DNA of 64,000 nt from a virus (taxonomy: Duplodnaviria > Caudoviricetes): IMG/VR virus record IMGVR_UViG_3300042691_031247; one strand, written 5' to 3'. Position 1 is the first letter of the stretch; each line of letters begins with the position of its first letter. Below the pieces are notes generated by a model. The model searched no databases. It saw only the letters and a list, made by a program, of their open reading frames with translations, and was not told where the DNA came from. The position numbers and the translations under genes are program-made. Below, piece after piece: positions 53,431-63,953 of this stretch.

Positions 53431-54348
53431 TTAAACCTCGTCGTAATTTGCCCGCAGGGCGCGCTCAACGAGTAAAACACAGTACTCGCGGTTATCATAA
53501 ACATACTGAAATCCCGTCGTATGGACAAGGTATAACCGCCGATCGTCGTTAATTTGCACGGCCCACGGACGCTGATACGGATCGTTTGACGGCGGAAACC
53601 AACGGGCGGCGTTTTGCTCAAAACGTAAGTCGTAAATTAATACGATAAAGCCGTGCTCTTCAACACTCTCGGGCGATACCTGCGCAACGGACACAATTAC
53701 GTCGTGAAAAAACGCGGGCACTGTGCCAATGCCCTCTTTTTCAAAATACAGCAGTTTCTGCGGCGGGCCTGCTTTGTGCGCTGTAGCTGTTGCCGTCGGG
53801 ACGGGATTGTTTGATTGTTTCTTCAAACCAAACGCGGCCATTGGACTGTAGTTTCGATCAATTTTTTCAAGCGGCGGCATCGCTGGCGCGGGCTGGTCTA
53901 ACTCAGCCACCAAATTTGCTTCTAACTCTTCTTCAGTATCTACAGGTTGCGGGACTGGCGGTGGTACGGGTTTTTTCGCGCGCACACTCGGTACCCGCTG
54001 TACACCGGCTTTTTCCATTTTTGCCAACTCTTCAAAAACCATAGCCGCGCGCTCCCTGATCGAGTCGATATCATTACCCGGAATAGCTGCCTGCGCAGAC
54101 GACAACGCCTGCTCAACCGCCGGACCGGTCATCTGGTCAAGCGTCAACCCACCGACATTTGAACCGTTGGGGTCGACGACGTTAATTTTGATCTTTGTCC
54201 GATCGTGCGGATTGAAGTTGATCGGGATCCCGCCCGGTGTTGCGGGGGCGACGATTACACCTTTGAGGCCCTTGCTGCCGCGCATAACGTCGAGCATAGT
54301 GCGGCCGTTTTCCATACGCTCGCTTGCCGGGTCTCGGTAGTCGGCCAT
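53431..54348 (-). CDS. hypothetical protein
   Basis: GGAG RBS; long open frame. Confidence 0.75.
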   Translation of the reverse strand: MADYRDPASERMENGRTMLDVMRGSKGLKGVIVAPATPGGIPINFNPHDRTKIKINVVDPNGSNVGGLTLDQMTGPAVEQALSSAQAAIPGNDIDSIRERAAMVFEELAKMEKAGVQRVPSVRAKKPVPPPVPQPVDTEEELEANLVAELDQPAPAMPPLEKIDRNYSPMAAFGLKKQSNNPVPTATATAHKAGPPQKLLYFEKEGIGTVPAFFHDVIVSVAQVSPESVEEHGFIVLIYDLRFEQNAARWFPPSNDPYQRPWAVQINDDRRLYLVHTTGFQYVYDNREYCVLLVERALRANYDEV

Positions 54349-54357
54349 AAAAGCTCC

Positions 54358-54408
54358 AATAGCTAAAAAAAGGGGGCAACGAGTGGCCGAAGCCTAAACG
54401 TTGCCCCC
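54358..54408 (-). terminator. intrinsic terminator plus 13-mer variant
   Basis: gggggcaacg/cgttgccccc stem, T7, AGCTATT. Confidence 0.75.
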
Positions 54409-54729
54409 GAAAGATTCTGAACTCAACTCAGGGCACACTGAATACAGCCGCGTTTTCGGAACATGAAAATACAGCCGACCCAGCGGAACCCCACCACCAC
54501 AAACCAGTTTGACGTGCTCTTCTGTCGGCAGTACCTCAGCGAGGACTTTGCCGGAGATGAGCTGCGCAACCACCAAACCCGTTCCATTATCGTCTGGAAA
54601 GAACGGTAACGTACTCGGCGCGGCGTCGATGTTTAACAACCACGCTAACGTCGAGTCGTCGGGTTTGATGAAATAACGCATGTCAGTAATTACACACCAG
54701 CAATGCGCATACGAACACTTTCTGCGCAC
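54394..54729 (-). CDS. hypothetical protein (start probably MRYFIKP)
   Basis: open frame; operon packing. Confidence 0.55.
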   Translation of the reverse strand: MRRKCSYAHCWCVITDMRYFIKPDDSTLAWLLNIDAAPSTLPFFPDDNGTGLVVAQLISGKVLAEVLPTEEHVKLVCGGGVPLGRLYFHVPKTRLYSVCPELSSESFGGNV

Positions 54730-55928
54730 TCAACTGCTTCTGCGGAACTAACGTGTTCCGAAGGCTGGTAACTAGACCGCTTCGGAACAAACTCGACCGG
54801 CGCTAGCAACTCGCCGCGATACGGAAATGGCGTGTTCTGCCATTCCGCCGCCCAGTTAACCTGAATAGCGCTGAGGCGACTCAACACTAAAGGTTTAGCC
54901 GGAAACATCGCGGCTGTAAATAGCTCCTCGTCGGTCGCTTCCCGCTGCGCCCGCTTAGGAGCGCAGAGCCGCAAATAATTTGCGGCCGCAGACGGCATCT
55001 GCTCGATAGCCGTTTTGATATCAATCGTTACTTCCAGCGGCTGATCGGGCGACAACAACGCGTCACACATTTCGCTTTCGGTGGGCTTGATATCGCCTAC
55101 CTCGGCATACATTCCGCGCAGAATGTCGTCCAAAATCCACTGGGGCATCCCTTCAGCCGTCTCCAGCCCGTGCCGAGCCAGAATCTTACCGGCCGGGTTC
55201 GGTAACGACACGGTCATGTCGCTCACCGAACCAAAAGGATTTCGATCCATATCGCCTAACACAGGCGAAAAATCTTCGAGCGCAGCGTCGTGCTTAATCG
55301 CCTTGGTGACATCCTTAGCCGACTCTTCAGTGAGCGCAGCAACGTTAATGTACGGCTTATTGCCGAACTCACGAATCATGCTGTCGCGCAGCTTGCGCCG
55401 GTAAGTCTCTACCAACTCCGACGGAGCATTCTGGATGGCCAATGCGGTCAACTTATCCTCGTCAATCCGCATGTGGTCACGAACCGGAATATACACCGTC
55501 GGCCAACGGCAGGGCTCAAACGTTACCGTCTCGCCCCGTTTATCGGCATATCCGTAGTTGCAGATGTTATGAAGCATGTCACAGCCACGCTTTGCGTTGA
55601 GCCTGTGCTTCTGCTTATTCATATTCAACTGCGATCCGAAACCCTTGGGCGAGATCGGGGCTCGAAAGTCCCACTTGCCAAGCGTCTCTAGAAATACGTT
55701 GCCAGACCGATCTGCCAGCGCCATCGCCGGGGACAGAGTCAGACCAGCATGCCGAGTTACTTCAAGCACTAACGCTGACGGCCGAACTTTATCGCCGAAA
55801 CGCCGCGTGGGCGAGTCGAACTTTTTACCTTCGCCGGCCAGCCAGCTGACCGCTACGAACTCTTCGCAGCGCGCCGCTACCCGATCGAAAGCCGCGATAA
55901 TCGTTGCCTGTGTCTTCGCGATATCCAC
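54690..55928 (-). CDS. hypothetical protein
   Basis: AAGGAG with GTG start; downstream of promoter copy 7. Confidence 0.75.
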   Translation of the reverse strand: MDIAKTQATIIAAFDRVAARCEEFVAVSWLAGEGKKFDSPTRRFGDKVRPSALVLEVTRHAGLTLSPAMALADRSGNVFLETLGKWDFRAPISPKGFGSQLNMNKQKHRLNAKRGCDMLHNICNYGYADKRGETVTFEPCRWPTVYIPVRDHMRIDEDKLTALAIQNAPSELVETYRRKLRDSMIREFGNKPYINVAALTEESAKDVTKAIKHDAALEDFSPVLGDMDRNPFGSVSDMTVSLPNPAGKILARHGLETAEGMPQWILDDILRGMYAEVGDIKPTESEMCDALLSPDQPLEVTIDIKTAIEQMPSAAANYLRLCAPKRAQREATDEELFTAAMFPAKPLVLSRLSAIQVNWAAEWQNTPFPYRGELLAPVEFVPKRSSYQPSEHVSSAEAVECAESVRMRIAGV

Positions 55929-56211
55929 TATCTACTCCTTTATTCAAGTTACCATCCTTGACGGATTGAGTTCCAAAGTGTTTCGACGAATATAAGGCCC
56001 ACTCATTCGGAGTTACGACAATCTCTTCATAGTCTCCACTAGAAGTCTTGTCGTAAAACTGAACAAGCGTCCGAGTTACATCGAGAACTTCCTGTCTTCG
56101 CACAGGACGTCCTTGGAATCTCACAACATCACGCAAACACGAGTCCCCCCTTACAGCAATAGAGCTGCGGTTATTGATGCTGCCCGCGCTCAACGATAAA
56201 GCGCAGTACAA

Positions 56212-56243
56212 TAAATATGCCAGCTTATGCTGAAAAATTTAGT
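56212..56243 (-). promoter_or_regulatory. conserved promoter-like motif, copy 7 (variant)
   Basis: ACTAAATT-N16-CATATTTA. Confidence 0.55.
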
Positions 56244-56696
56244 TCAGCTGTCTGGGTCGGGCAGCACGCCGTCGAAGACGTTTAGAGCGCCGTCGTCTTC
56301 GTCAGAAAAGAAGTCACCTGAGTTTACAGATGATTTTGGCGCATTAGGCGCCTTGATTGCGGGGGGCGCTTCAAGGTGCACAGGGTCGACGCCAAGGTAA
56401 CCGGTTTCATCTGGTTCAAGGTTGTCTGTCGCCATATCAAACAGAGGCATGTTTCCCCACGGCGTCAGCAAATACCGCAACGGCGGTTTAGATATGTTTA
56501 ACCGCACACCAGCAAAGCTAAACACGCTGACGTCACGATTAACCAACTCTTTCAGGCGCGCGGTCAGTTTCTCTAGCGCGTCAAACTCCTCGACTTTGAA
56601 ATCGCCTTCCGGGCTAAGAATAACAGCATAGTAGTGCCCGGGAGCTTCAGCGCCTTCGGGTGTGATTTTGACTTCGGGGTTCGGTGCGTCGTCCAT
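56244..56696 (-). CDS. acidic hypothetical protein
   Basis: operon packing. Confidence 0.7.
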   Translation of the reverse strand: MDDAPNPEVKITPEGAEAPGHYYAVILSPEGDFKVEEFDALEKLTARLKELVNRDVSVFSFAGVRLNISKPPLRYLLTPWGNMPLFDMATDNLEPDETGYLGVDPVHLEAPPAIKAPNAPKSSVNSGDFFSDEDDGALNVFDGVLPDPDS

Positions 56697-56697
56697 G

Positions 56698-57339
56698 TTA
56701 CTCTCTCATGTCTAGCGGATCTTTGCCGTTAAACCCGGCCATCAGCCCAGCTTTGTAAATGCTTGGCGGGATAAGGTGTGGTTGGGTTGTGCTCACGCAT
56801 CGCACAATCGCGGGCCCGTTAAACTGCGGGTCAACATACGCGACAAATTTGTTTGACATCACGCCAACCACGTTTACTTCAAGCGTCTGGCCTGTGCGCG
56901 ACGTCGGGTCGAGGATGATCGCCGTCTGCATAAACGAACTGGCAAACAAGTTAGTGTTTTGATTCGAGTATGCGATGCCGCCAAGAAATTCAAAGCATTC
57001 TTCTTTGCGCCGATGGTCGATGCAGTAAAGCCGTTTATCCCAGTTGACTGCTCTCGACCGGCCGGGTGCGGGCGTGACACCAAACCCAGAAAAAAACCGC
57101 TCACGATCACGCGCTAAGTCGATAAAAAACGGCCGCAGCTCTTTCGACTCCGCGGGGAAGCGGGCGTCAAACTCAATCACCGGGTCTCGGTCAAAGCCGC
57201 CGCGCGTAAAGAGCAGCGCGGCTGTAAACAACACCAACGGGTGCTCACGCTGGCTGAACGCGTCGGCGCACGAGAGCGGCGCGATGGCGTCAGCGCCCGT
57301 GACTTCATCAATTTTAACAAACGTGTCCGGCCGATTCAT
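56698..57339 (-). CDS. hypothetical protein
   Basis: operon packing. Confidence 0.7.
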   Translation of the reverse strand: MNRPDTFVKIDEVTGADAIAPLSCADAFSQREHPLVLFTAALLFTRGGFDRDPVIEFDARFPAESKELRPFFIDLARDRERFFSGFGVTPAPGRSRAVNWDKRLYCIDHRRKEECFEFLGGIAYSNQNTNLFASSFMQTAIILDPTSRTGQTLEVNVVGVMSNKFVAYVDPQFNGPAIVRCVSTTQPHLIPPSIYKAGLMAGFNGKDPLDMRE

Positions 57340-57345
57340 TCCGCA

Positions 57346-57972
57346 TCACTGTTTTTTTGCGTTCGTTAATCCTGCATTTGTTGTCTGTATCAGCAGCAGC
57401 AAAACAAACGCTGCGTCCACAACGTTATCGATGCCGGTTGATTTGTACTTTGCCGAATCAAAAGCCGCTCCCAGAGATTTGTTTGCCGCGGCGATCATAT
57501 CTTCTTTACTTGCTTTGCCGTTACCAGTTGCGAACTTTTTAATTGTACTAATCGCAAAGCCGGTGGAGATCAAATCAGCTTCTTCAGCCCACGTGGCGAC
57601 AGTGACCTTCATGCCGCCCAAAACCTCAGATGCTGTCGCGACCCGGGAAAGCACGGCCGGAATGCCGAACTTTTTGTTGACAAAGAACTCGCGCGGCGGC
57701 GTGTACTTGACGTCTTCGTAGCCAACGACGTCCGGCGCTACAGTGTTTAGAAAAGCACGCAGGCGTACAAACCGGGAAGCGCCGGATTCGAGGCCCTGTA
57801 CCGACAGGTCCCACTGAAAAAGCTGCAGTTTTTCCTGCAGCATTTTCTTGCCGGGAATGAAGTCGTAAACCGCGACACCGCAGTTACTACCCAAATCGAG
57901 CCCAAGGAACCGAATCGCGTCCGCCGGCTTTTTATCCAGCTTTGCCCCAAATTGCTTGGGGTCTTTGTACAT
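57346..57972 (-). CDS. RuvC-like Holliday junction resolvase
   Basis: FLGLDLGSNCG, VGYEDV, IKKFATGNGKASKEDM, DNVVDA. Confidence 0.85.
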   Translation of the reverse strand: MYKDPKQFGAKLDKKPADAIRFLGLDLGSNCGVAVYDFIPGKKMLQEKLQLFQWDLSVQGLESGASRFVRLRAFLNTVAPDVVGYEDVKYTPPREFFVNKKFGIPAVLSRVATASEVLGGMKVTVATWAEEADLISTGFAISTIKKFATGNGKASKEDMIAAANKSLGAAFDSAKYKSTGIDNVVDAAFVLLLLIQTTNAGLTNAKKQ

Positions 57973-58000
57973 CCTGTACTTGGGCACGAAACGCTCCTGA

Positions 58001-58675
58001 CTATTTTGGGCCGGGGTAATCGGTTTGCTGAGACGACCAAGCAACGAACCGCTGCCACAACGACGGTTTAGTTTGTTTAGCCGCAGCAAACGCCGCGGAG
58101 CACTCGCTGAGTTTTGCTTGCGTGTCTTGCAGCTCCTTATACACCACGTTGAGCCGAGTCTGCAATACGTCGTTCATCATTTTCAGATGCTCAGCCATGA
58201 AGTTGGCATTGTAAGTCGGCGTGCCGTTGCGTGCGGCAAATTCAACAACCGTCGCCGCGAAGCGCGCCATACCGCTAGCGGCCGGCGACTCTTCACCAAT
58301 CACAGATACTTCGCGCACACCCTTGAACCACGCGGCACAAAACACTTCGCCAATCGCCGCGAACAGCGCCAACCGTACTGGATATCTAAACGCGAAAAAG
58401 TCGCGCCTGTTCAACGCCTGATCAAACGTGCGCACCGGGTCAGCGCCGTTGACAAAATCGCGCTGCGCCGCCGCCAGCGCCTCGGCAATTTTTACAATCT
58501 CGTCCTGCGATATGTTGTGCTCGATATACCAGTTTGCCGCCTCATCTGTGCGGGCCGCGGCGTCGAGATTTTCAATAGCGCGAACCATGAGCGTCGGAGT
58601 GATGTACGCGTAGTCGCGTTCCGGGTTATACAGCGGTCCGCTGTCACCTTTCTGCCTGTAACCAATGCTGCTCAT
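58001..58675 (-). CDS. hypothetical protein with C-terminal coiled coil
   Basis: AAAGGA before MSSIG. Confidence 0.7.
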   Translation of the reverse strand: MSSIGYRQKGDSGPLYNPERDYAYITPTLMVRAIENLDAAARTDEAANWYIEHNISQDEIVKIAEALAAAQRDFVNGADPVRTFDQALNRRDFFAFRYPVRLALFAAIGEVFCAAWFKGVREVSVIGEESPAASGMARFAATVVEFAARNGTPTYNANFMAEHLKMMNDVLQTRLNVVYKELQDTQAKLSECSAAFAAAKQTKPSLWQRFVAWSSQQTDYPGPK

Positions 58676-58685
58676 AAAATCCTTT

Positions 58686-59537
58686 CTATGATGCGGACTC
58701 AACCTGCCGCGCTGCGCTTTGCCGGCACCGTACGCACAACAAACTAGAATCCTTGGGATCAAAAAACGCGTCTGTCCGACACGCGTCGCAATAACGCGTT
58801 TCGTATGTACGCTGGTGCGTCGCAAACATGCACTGGTCGGCACCAAGCCAACAATGCAGGCACGAGTGCTCGTACCCGTCAGGGCACGGGCGGGCGCGAG
58901 TTCGGACCTCGATAAGTCCGCGGTTGTCGCGCTGCATGCTGCTGCTTACGCTCACTTTTGAAAACGCCGGCTGCTCTCGACTGCGCTCGGCTTCAACGTG
59001 GGCGAAGAACAACAGGTTTAAAAAGTGCGCCGCTGTTGTATACGGATACGCACCCCACGGCGCAGAGAAACCCAGCGTCTGCGAAATCGCTCTACAGCTG
59101 TTCTGCGAGAAAAACTGCGTAACTAACATTGCCGCAGGAGAACCGCCGACAGCGCGACATTCAAGCATATAACCTGAAACAGTTTTACGCTTATATGGCC
59201 GCACGCCTTCTACGCACACGGGCACCAGCTCATCCTCCAGTTGCCGCGTCCACGGCAACACCGGGAGCCCGGCTTTGAGTGTTTCAACGTTGCCCGCGAG
59301 GCGCCACGCCAGCTCGTAAGCGGCGCGCTTCGACAGCCGCGTGCCAGCCAGCGCGCGTACAGAATCAAACACCGCCGGCTGCGAAACTGCGGCCGGCAAC
59401 TCCGCAAGTACGTCACGACAAATGTCGCGCAACGTCTCTCCGGCTACATTCGCATCTATGTATGGCCGAAGCGCGCGTTCCGCAAGTTTGTCGCGATACT
59501 GGCGCAGACGCACATAACTAAACGGAGGGCGTTTCAT
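58686..59537 (-). CDS. hypothetical protein with C-terminal Cys clusters
   Basis: CPDG..HSCLHC...C; CDAC...CVRC. Confidence 0.72.
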   Translation of the reverse strand: MKRPPFSYVRLRQYRDKLAERALRPYIDANVAGETLRDICRDVLAELPAAVSQPAVFDSVRALAGTRLSKRAAYELAWRLAGNVETLKAGLPVLPWTRQLEDELVPVCVEGVRPYKRKTVSGYMLECRAVGGSPAAMLVTQFFSQNSCRAISQTLGFSAPWGAYPYTTAAHFLNLLFFAHVEAERSREQPAFSKVSVSSSMQRDNRGLIEVRTRARPCPDGYEHSCLHCWLGADQCMFATHQRTYETRYCDACRTDAFFDPKDSSLLCVRCRQSAARQVESAS

Positions 59538-60180
59538 CAGCGCCCCGCAACGTTACGTCTGATGGAGTTGGCAGCTGGCCGGGATCTACAGCAACAGTGT
59601 TTTGAGACGTGACACCCCGTACAGCGTCGCCGCTACGCGCCACGACCTTACGATCGGGGTTATTGGCCTCCCACTGTTGCCGCGCTTTGTTACACGTTTC
59701 TTCGGCGCTCGTGGCCGTTTCTTTGACCGCCAGCGCTTCTTGCTCTAGCGCCAGAATAATCGTGCCCAGCTCGCTCGACAGCAGGTTGGCAATGTCGCCG
59801 ACGCAAATAACGTTCTTGACGTGAGCAGTAACGGGCTCCGATTCCTTACCGTCTTTAACCGACCGAAACGTAATTGCAATGTCTTCGAGCTTGATGGTTT
59901 CAGGCAGCGGGTCGCTGAGCGTCTTGCCGTGCAATTCTGCGCCAATCTGCCGCAGGGCATTAAACCGCGTATACATCTCTTCCATGCGCGTGGCGGCGTC
60001 CTTGATCAACGTAGACGGATTCACTTTTACCGTCTGCGGCTGCGAGGCCGCCGTCTGCAGGGCCTTTGCCAGCGCCGACGCGTCCATCTTAATCGGCACC
60101 GTAACGTTGGTAGTTCCGCCGGTGCTCTGGGCTGCGGGAGTTTCAGACTTGACTGCGTCTACAATCGTCGTTTTTGCCAT
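59518..60180 (-). CDS. hypothetical protein
   Basis: AAGGA before MAKTT. Confidence 0.7.
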   Translation of the reverse strand: MAKTTIVDAVKSETPAAQSTGGTTNVTVPIKMDASALAKALQTAASQPQTVKVNPSTLIKDAATRMEEMYTRFNALRQIGAELHGKTLSDPLPETIKLEDIAITFRSVKDGKESEPVTAHVKNVICVGDIANLLSSELGTIILALEQEALAVKETATSAEETCNKARQQWEANNPDRKVVARSGDAVRGVTSQNTVAVDPGQLPTPSDVTLRGADETPSV

Positions 60181-60190
60181 TGTTTCGTCC

Positions 60191-60595
60191 TTAAATTGTT
60201 TTAACTGCAAACCCAAACCAATAACGTAACCCGCTATTCAATCCTGTGTCGGGATCATACAACAACTCCACCGGATTTCCAGTCGCCACATAAAAGTGGC
60301 TGACGGGCCGTGGTAGGTAAGCTGCGCAAGATAACCCGCACTGCAACAGAAACGCCATCGCGAGATCTGCCGCCGGATTTAGATCGTACGAAAAAAGCGG
60401 AATTCGTAAATACTCGTCGTGCTCGGAAAAAGCCCATACTGGCTGCTCGCCGGGAGTATGCGCGGCATCCAGAATATGCCACTTAGACCCGCCTACCTCG
60501 TCAATCGGCTTTATCAACGCTGGCTCAAAAGGCACGCCCTCCGGCCAGCGCTCCCGAGTCTTTTTCATATCTAAACGGGCGACGGAAACTTTCAT
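60191..60595 (-). CDS. hypothetical protein
   Basis: ATGA overlap with the upstream gene. Confidence 0.65.
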   Translation of the reverse strand: MKVSVARLDMKKTRERWPEGVPFEPALIKPIDEVGGSKWHILDAAHTPGEQPVWAFSEHDEYLRIPLFSYDLNPAADLAMAFLLQCGLSCAAYLPRPVSHFYVATGNPVELLYDPDTGLNSGLRYWFGFAVKTI

Positions 60596-61302
60596 GTCGT
60601 CATCGTCCTCGGTTCTGCGGTCTCGACCCCTGAGTCGTTGACGTTGATTTTCACGCCCTCTCGAAAATGGCAGAAGCGAATGTCTTGGTGTTTAAACGCC
60701 GCGCCAAGCACACGCTCACCATATTTCTGCTGGAACCCGGAAGGAGGAAAATCGAATTGGTACAGCAGCTCCGTTTTAATCGCCCACCATCCGCCGATAA
60801 CGTACGGCAAATATATTTTTTCATATTCAGGGTTAAACCACGGCTGCTGCTTCATCCACCACAGCTGCTCTTCGGGTAGTTTAGCGCGCTCGACTGATCC
60901 CACAAGATTACAGCCGTTCACATTTGTTGTTACGCGTGCAAACCAGTTGTGCACGTCGTCCATCGGCTCTAAATACGAGTCGTGGTCAAACCACATAGTG
61001 ATTGGCGCCGTAATCGGCGGCTCGTAGAACATGCGCCGCATCATCGGATACTTCATCAAATTTTCAGCGCTGTGAAAAATCGTCGCCGAATGAAAATGAT
61101 CGGCAATCTGCTGTACAAGAAACTGAGTCGTGTCTGGTCCCACAGCGTTACAACCAAAACGAAAAGAAACGTTCTGGGTGGCCAACTCGCGCATCGGGCC
61201 ATTGAGCACACGCTGCGCCAGCTTGAAGTGCTTGTCTTCTGCGCCGTAAAACAACACGCAGATACAAACAGATGCGGCTCCATCCGCCATACACGACTCC
61301 AT
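60592..61302 (-). CDS. GT-A fold glycosyltransferase-like protein
   Basis: ITMWFDHDSYL (DxD); YVIGGWWAI; ERVLG. Confidence 0.6.
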   Translation of the reverse strand: MESCMADGAASVCICVLFYGAEDKHFKLAQRVLNGPMRELATQNVSFRFGCNAVGPDTTQFLVQQIADHFHSATIFHSAENLMKYPMMRRMFYEPPITAPITMWFDHDSYLEPMDDVHNWFARVTTNVNGCNLVGSVERAKLPEEQLWWMKQQPWFNPEYEKIYLPYVIGGWWAIKTELLYQFDFPPSGFQQKYGERVLGAAFKHQDIRFCHFREGVKINVNDSGVETAEPRTMTT

Positions 61303-61314
61303 TCAATTAACGTG

Positions 61315-61863
61315 TTACAGCTTAATCGGTGCCATTGCGGCCCGGGCCACGGCAACCGGCATAACTACCGGCGGAACACGCGACCTGCCCAGAATCTTCA
61401 GCACACGCATCACGTCTTGTGGCGCGGGGTCCGAACCCTTCTTGGCGTCTTTGACCATCTTATCGACCAACTCAAGAAACGTCGTGCGCTCTTTTACTGT
61501 CGGGAAGTTAAACCTGACAGAAAACTGCGTCACCGTTTTACCGGCATGCTCATCGGCAACGTCGCACCGATCCCACGCCGACTTCTCGTCGCCTCGTGTA
61601 TACACGCAGGCAATCCGGCCAAGAAAGTCATAGACCACAATCACAGCCGACTTATCAACATCCCCGAGTAAAGAGAAAGCGTGAGGAAATTGAGTTGCCG
61701 GAATAAACGGCAACTTCTCCACCATGCTCTCGTTTAGTTCGAGGCGCTGTAGCTGCAGCGGAAATGTGCGATGTCCGCGGGCATCGTCTTTGATAAAGAA
61801 TTCAGCCTCAAGCGCACCAACGCCGGGCTCAATCACAACTGGAACATTACGTACAGAAAACAT
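61315..61863 (-). CDS. hypothetical protein
   Basis: AGGAGG RBS. Confidence 0.72.
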   Translation of the reverse strand: MFSVRNVPVVIEPGVGALEAEFFIKDDARGHRTFPLQLQRLELNESMVEKLPFIPATQFPHAFSLLGDVDKSAVIVVYDFLGRIACVYTRGDEKSAWDRCDVADEHAGKTVTQFSVRFNFPTVKERTTFLELVDKMVKDAKKGSDPAPQDVMRVLKILGRSRVPPVVMPVAVARAAMAPIKL

Positions 61864-61871
61864 AAAACCTC

Positions 61872-62759
61872 CTAACGCGTCATATCGGACCGGCGACGCG
61901 GCGAGGCTTCCTGCTCTTCCGTATCGTCATCAACCTCTTCGCGCTTGTCCAGTTCTTCCCGAACCTTAGCGCACATCGCACGGTGATCCGCTACAATGTC
62001 AGACATCTTCTCAAAGTTTTCGACGATCTCGGCGAAGTAGCCTTGAACAGTTGCGTCAAACTTTGACGGTGCAGCATTTACGATATCGTCGTAAATGTTG
62101 TCACGCTTTTCGCTCAACCAGAGCGAATCAGATCGCGAAATCCAGCGCCGCTGGTGTTGCAGCAAATCGTGCAGCTGCTGCTTGAGCCCCTTGGGCGACT
62201 GATGCGTGCGCCCACTGGTCTTCTGCTTGCCGCGCATCTCCTGCAACTCGGTAGCCAACGTGCGTGCCGTGTACGCTTCCTCGACGCACTTCTCCTCGAC
62301 GGCAGCGCGCTGCTGATCGTCGGGAATCTGCGTGAGCAGCTGCACGTGCGAAGTCGTCAGCCGCCACCGCGGGCGGTCGGGACAACGCAGGCTGAGCAAC
62401 CGAATAATCTCGGCCTCGCTCGGGTACTTCTCAAAGAAGTTCACGGCACCACGCATCTGCTCGACGGTATAAACGGGCGCAAAAATCGCCATGAGCAACG
62501 AGGCTCCGTCGACGTGCTGCGTCTGCTGTTCCGGCGTCAGATAGCGTTCTGGATCTCCCTTTACCTCCGAAATAAGCTTTCCGATCCGCCAGTACGCACG
62601 CAGACTAGCTTCCTGCGCGTCACTGAACAGACCGTCGATTTCGGAAACGACGTCCTGCAACTCAGGCGTCAAATTCTCCATTGCTACTAAGAGCGGCGAA
62701 TTACGAGAATCAACCATGTCGGCCTGAATCATCGCTGCCGCCTTAGACTTCCTACCCAT
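61872..62759 (-). CDS. helical hypothetical protein (DUF1016-N/DUF3102-like N-terminal part)
   Basis: YWRIGKLI...LTTSHVQLLT pattern; tentative. Confidence 0.5.
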   Translation of the reverse strand: MGRKSKAAAMIQADMVDSRNSPLLVAMENLTPELQDVVSEIDGLFSDAQEASLRAYWRIGKLISEVKGDPERYLTPEQQTQHVDGASLLMAIFAPVYTVEQMRGAVNFFEKYPSEAEIIRLLSLRCPDRPRWRLTTSHVQLLTQIPDDQQRAAVEEKCVEEAYTARTLATELQEMRGKQKTSGRTHQSPKGLKQQLHDLLQHQRRWISRSDSLWLSEKRDNIYDDIVNAAPSKFDATVQGYFAEIVENFEKMSDIVADHRAMCAKVREELDKREEVDDDTEEQEASPRRRSDMTR

Positions 62760-62786
62760 TGAATCTCTCCCTATATGTGAGGTTAA

Positions 62787-63953
62787 CTATTTTCGCTTTC
62801 TGCCTTTGGGGGCAGGAAGCAGCAATTCAAGCGCGGTTGTTTGCAGTAGATCGCGCAGGGTGTGGTAGTGCCCGCGCGAACACCGCAACATAGAACAAAA
62901 TAAGTCATAGGCGTTGCGCTGCCTAAGCACTTCTTTTGTGTAAACGTCAATGGCGTCGCGCGGCTCGATATCCGCGCCAACCATTGCTGTGTTTCGAATA
63001 ATCTGTTTAGCGTCTTCGCGCGTAATCTTGAACTTCATCAAATACGAAGTCCATTTATCGTTCGCGGCGTCCATGGTTGTCTTGTCTGGTGAAAACTCCA
63101 GCGACAATCCCATCATCGCCGAAACCCGCGCTGCAACGGCCGTCATATCAATGCCGCGCTCGGCAACATTAGACGCCAGAATCGCCGTGCGCCCGACAAG
63201 GTCTGCGCCCGTGTGGTTTAACCGCCCGCCTTTGCCTGCCGGAGACAACGCAGCGCCAAACTTCGTATACAGACAGGTAGACGCCCGGATAGCGTTTCCA
63301 GTGTCTTCGCGATTCGAGAAATACCAGCCGGCCGCAAATGTGTGTCGCGGATCGGTATAGATATCTGTACGCCGCGATTTGGGATCTATGAAATACAGCC
63401 GCAGCTCTCGCCCCAAAAGCTCCGCCCGAAAAAACTCGGCTTGCGGTTGCTTGTCGTACAGCTCGTTGCTGACGGTTTCCATGAACAAACTGTTGTCCAG
63501 CATGCGGTGATCGAGGCCCAGAAATCCTTCGACTGCCCGCTCGCGATGGTTCACCAGCAACGTGCGCTCGCGCAACGCATCAAACCTAACACGAAGCGTC
63601 GTGTTGTAAATACTAACCGCCGCGGCAATGTCGTTTGCGCGAGTGGTCGTACGAACCTGCCGAACGTTCTCGCCCGACAACTCGTTAAACAGTTGCGCCA
63701 GTCCCGCAGACAAAACTGACGACAGCGCTCGGAAACCGATGGCGTTAAACCGATAACCGTTTTCGACAATGCTGCCGTTGGGTCCCATAATTAACTGGGA
63801 CTCCTCAACGACAGGGACCGACTCCGTGCTGGCGGAGCGCATCTCCAGAAACTTTCGGCACTCCTCTAGCTGGCTTGCCGAGAACGAGAACGCCGGCACG
63901 GGCGCAAACACACTGCGCACAGTTGTTGTTGCCGACAACATTCGGGCCTCCAT
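62787..63953 (-). CDS. hypothetical protein, possibly DUF932-like
   Basis: long ORF; FLGLDHRMLDN and YFSNREDTG resemble DUF932 motifs; tentative. Confidence 0.5.
   Translation of the reverse strand: MEARMLSATTTVRSVFAPVPAFSFSASQLEECRKFLEMRSASTESVPVVEESQLIMGPNGSIVENGYRFNAIGFRALSSVLSAGLAQLFNELSGENVRQVRTTTRANDIAAAVSIYNTTLRVRFDALRERTLLVNHRERAVEGFLGLDHRMLDNSLFMETVSNELYDKQPQAEFFRAELLGRELRLYFIDPKSRRTDIYTDPRHTFAAGWYFSNREDTGNAIRASTCLYTKFGAALSPAGKGGRLNHTGADLVGRTAILASNVAERGIDMTAVAARVSAMMGLSLEFSPDKTTMDAANDKWTSYLMKFKITREDAKQIIRNTAMVGADIEPRDAIDVYTKEVLRQRNAYDLFCSMLRCSRGHYHTLRDLLQTTALELLLPAPKGRKRK

Noticed and set aside
55825-56211. 128-aa ORF downstream of promoter copy 7
   Set aside because: Its start lies at the promoter itself, there is no RBS, and it overlaps the next gene; more likely leader sequence or a shorter uncalled ORF.
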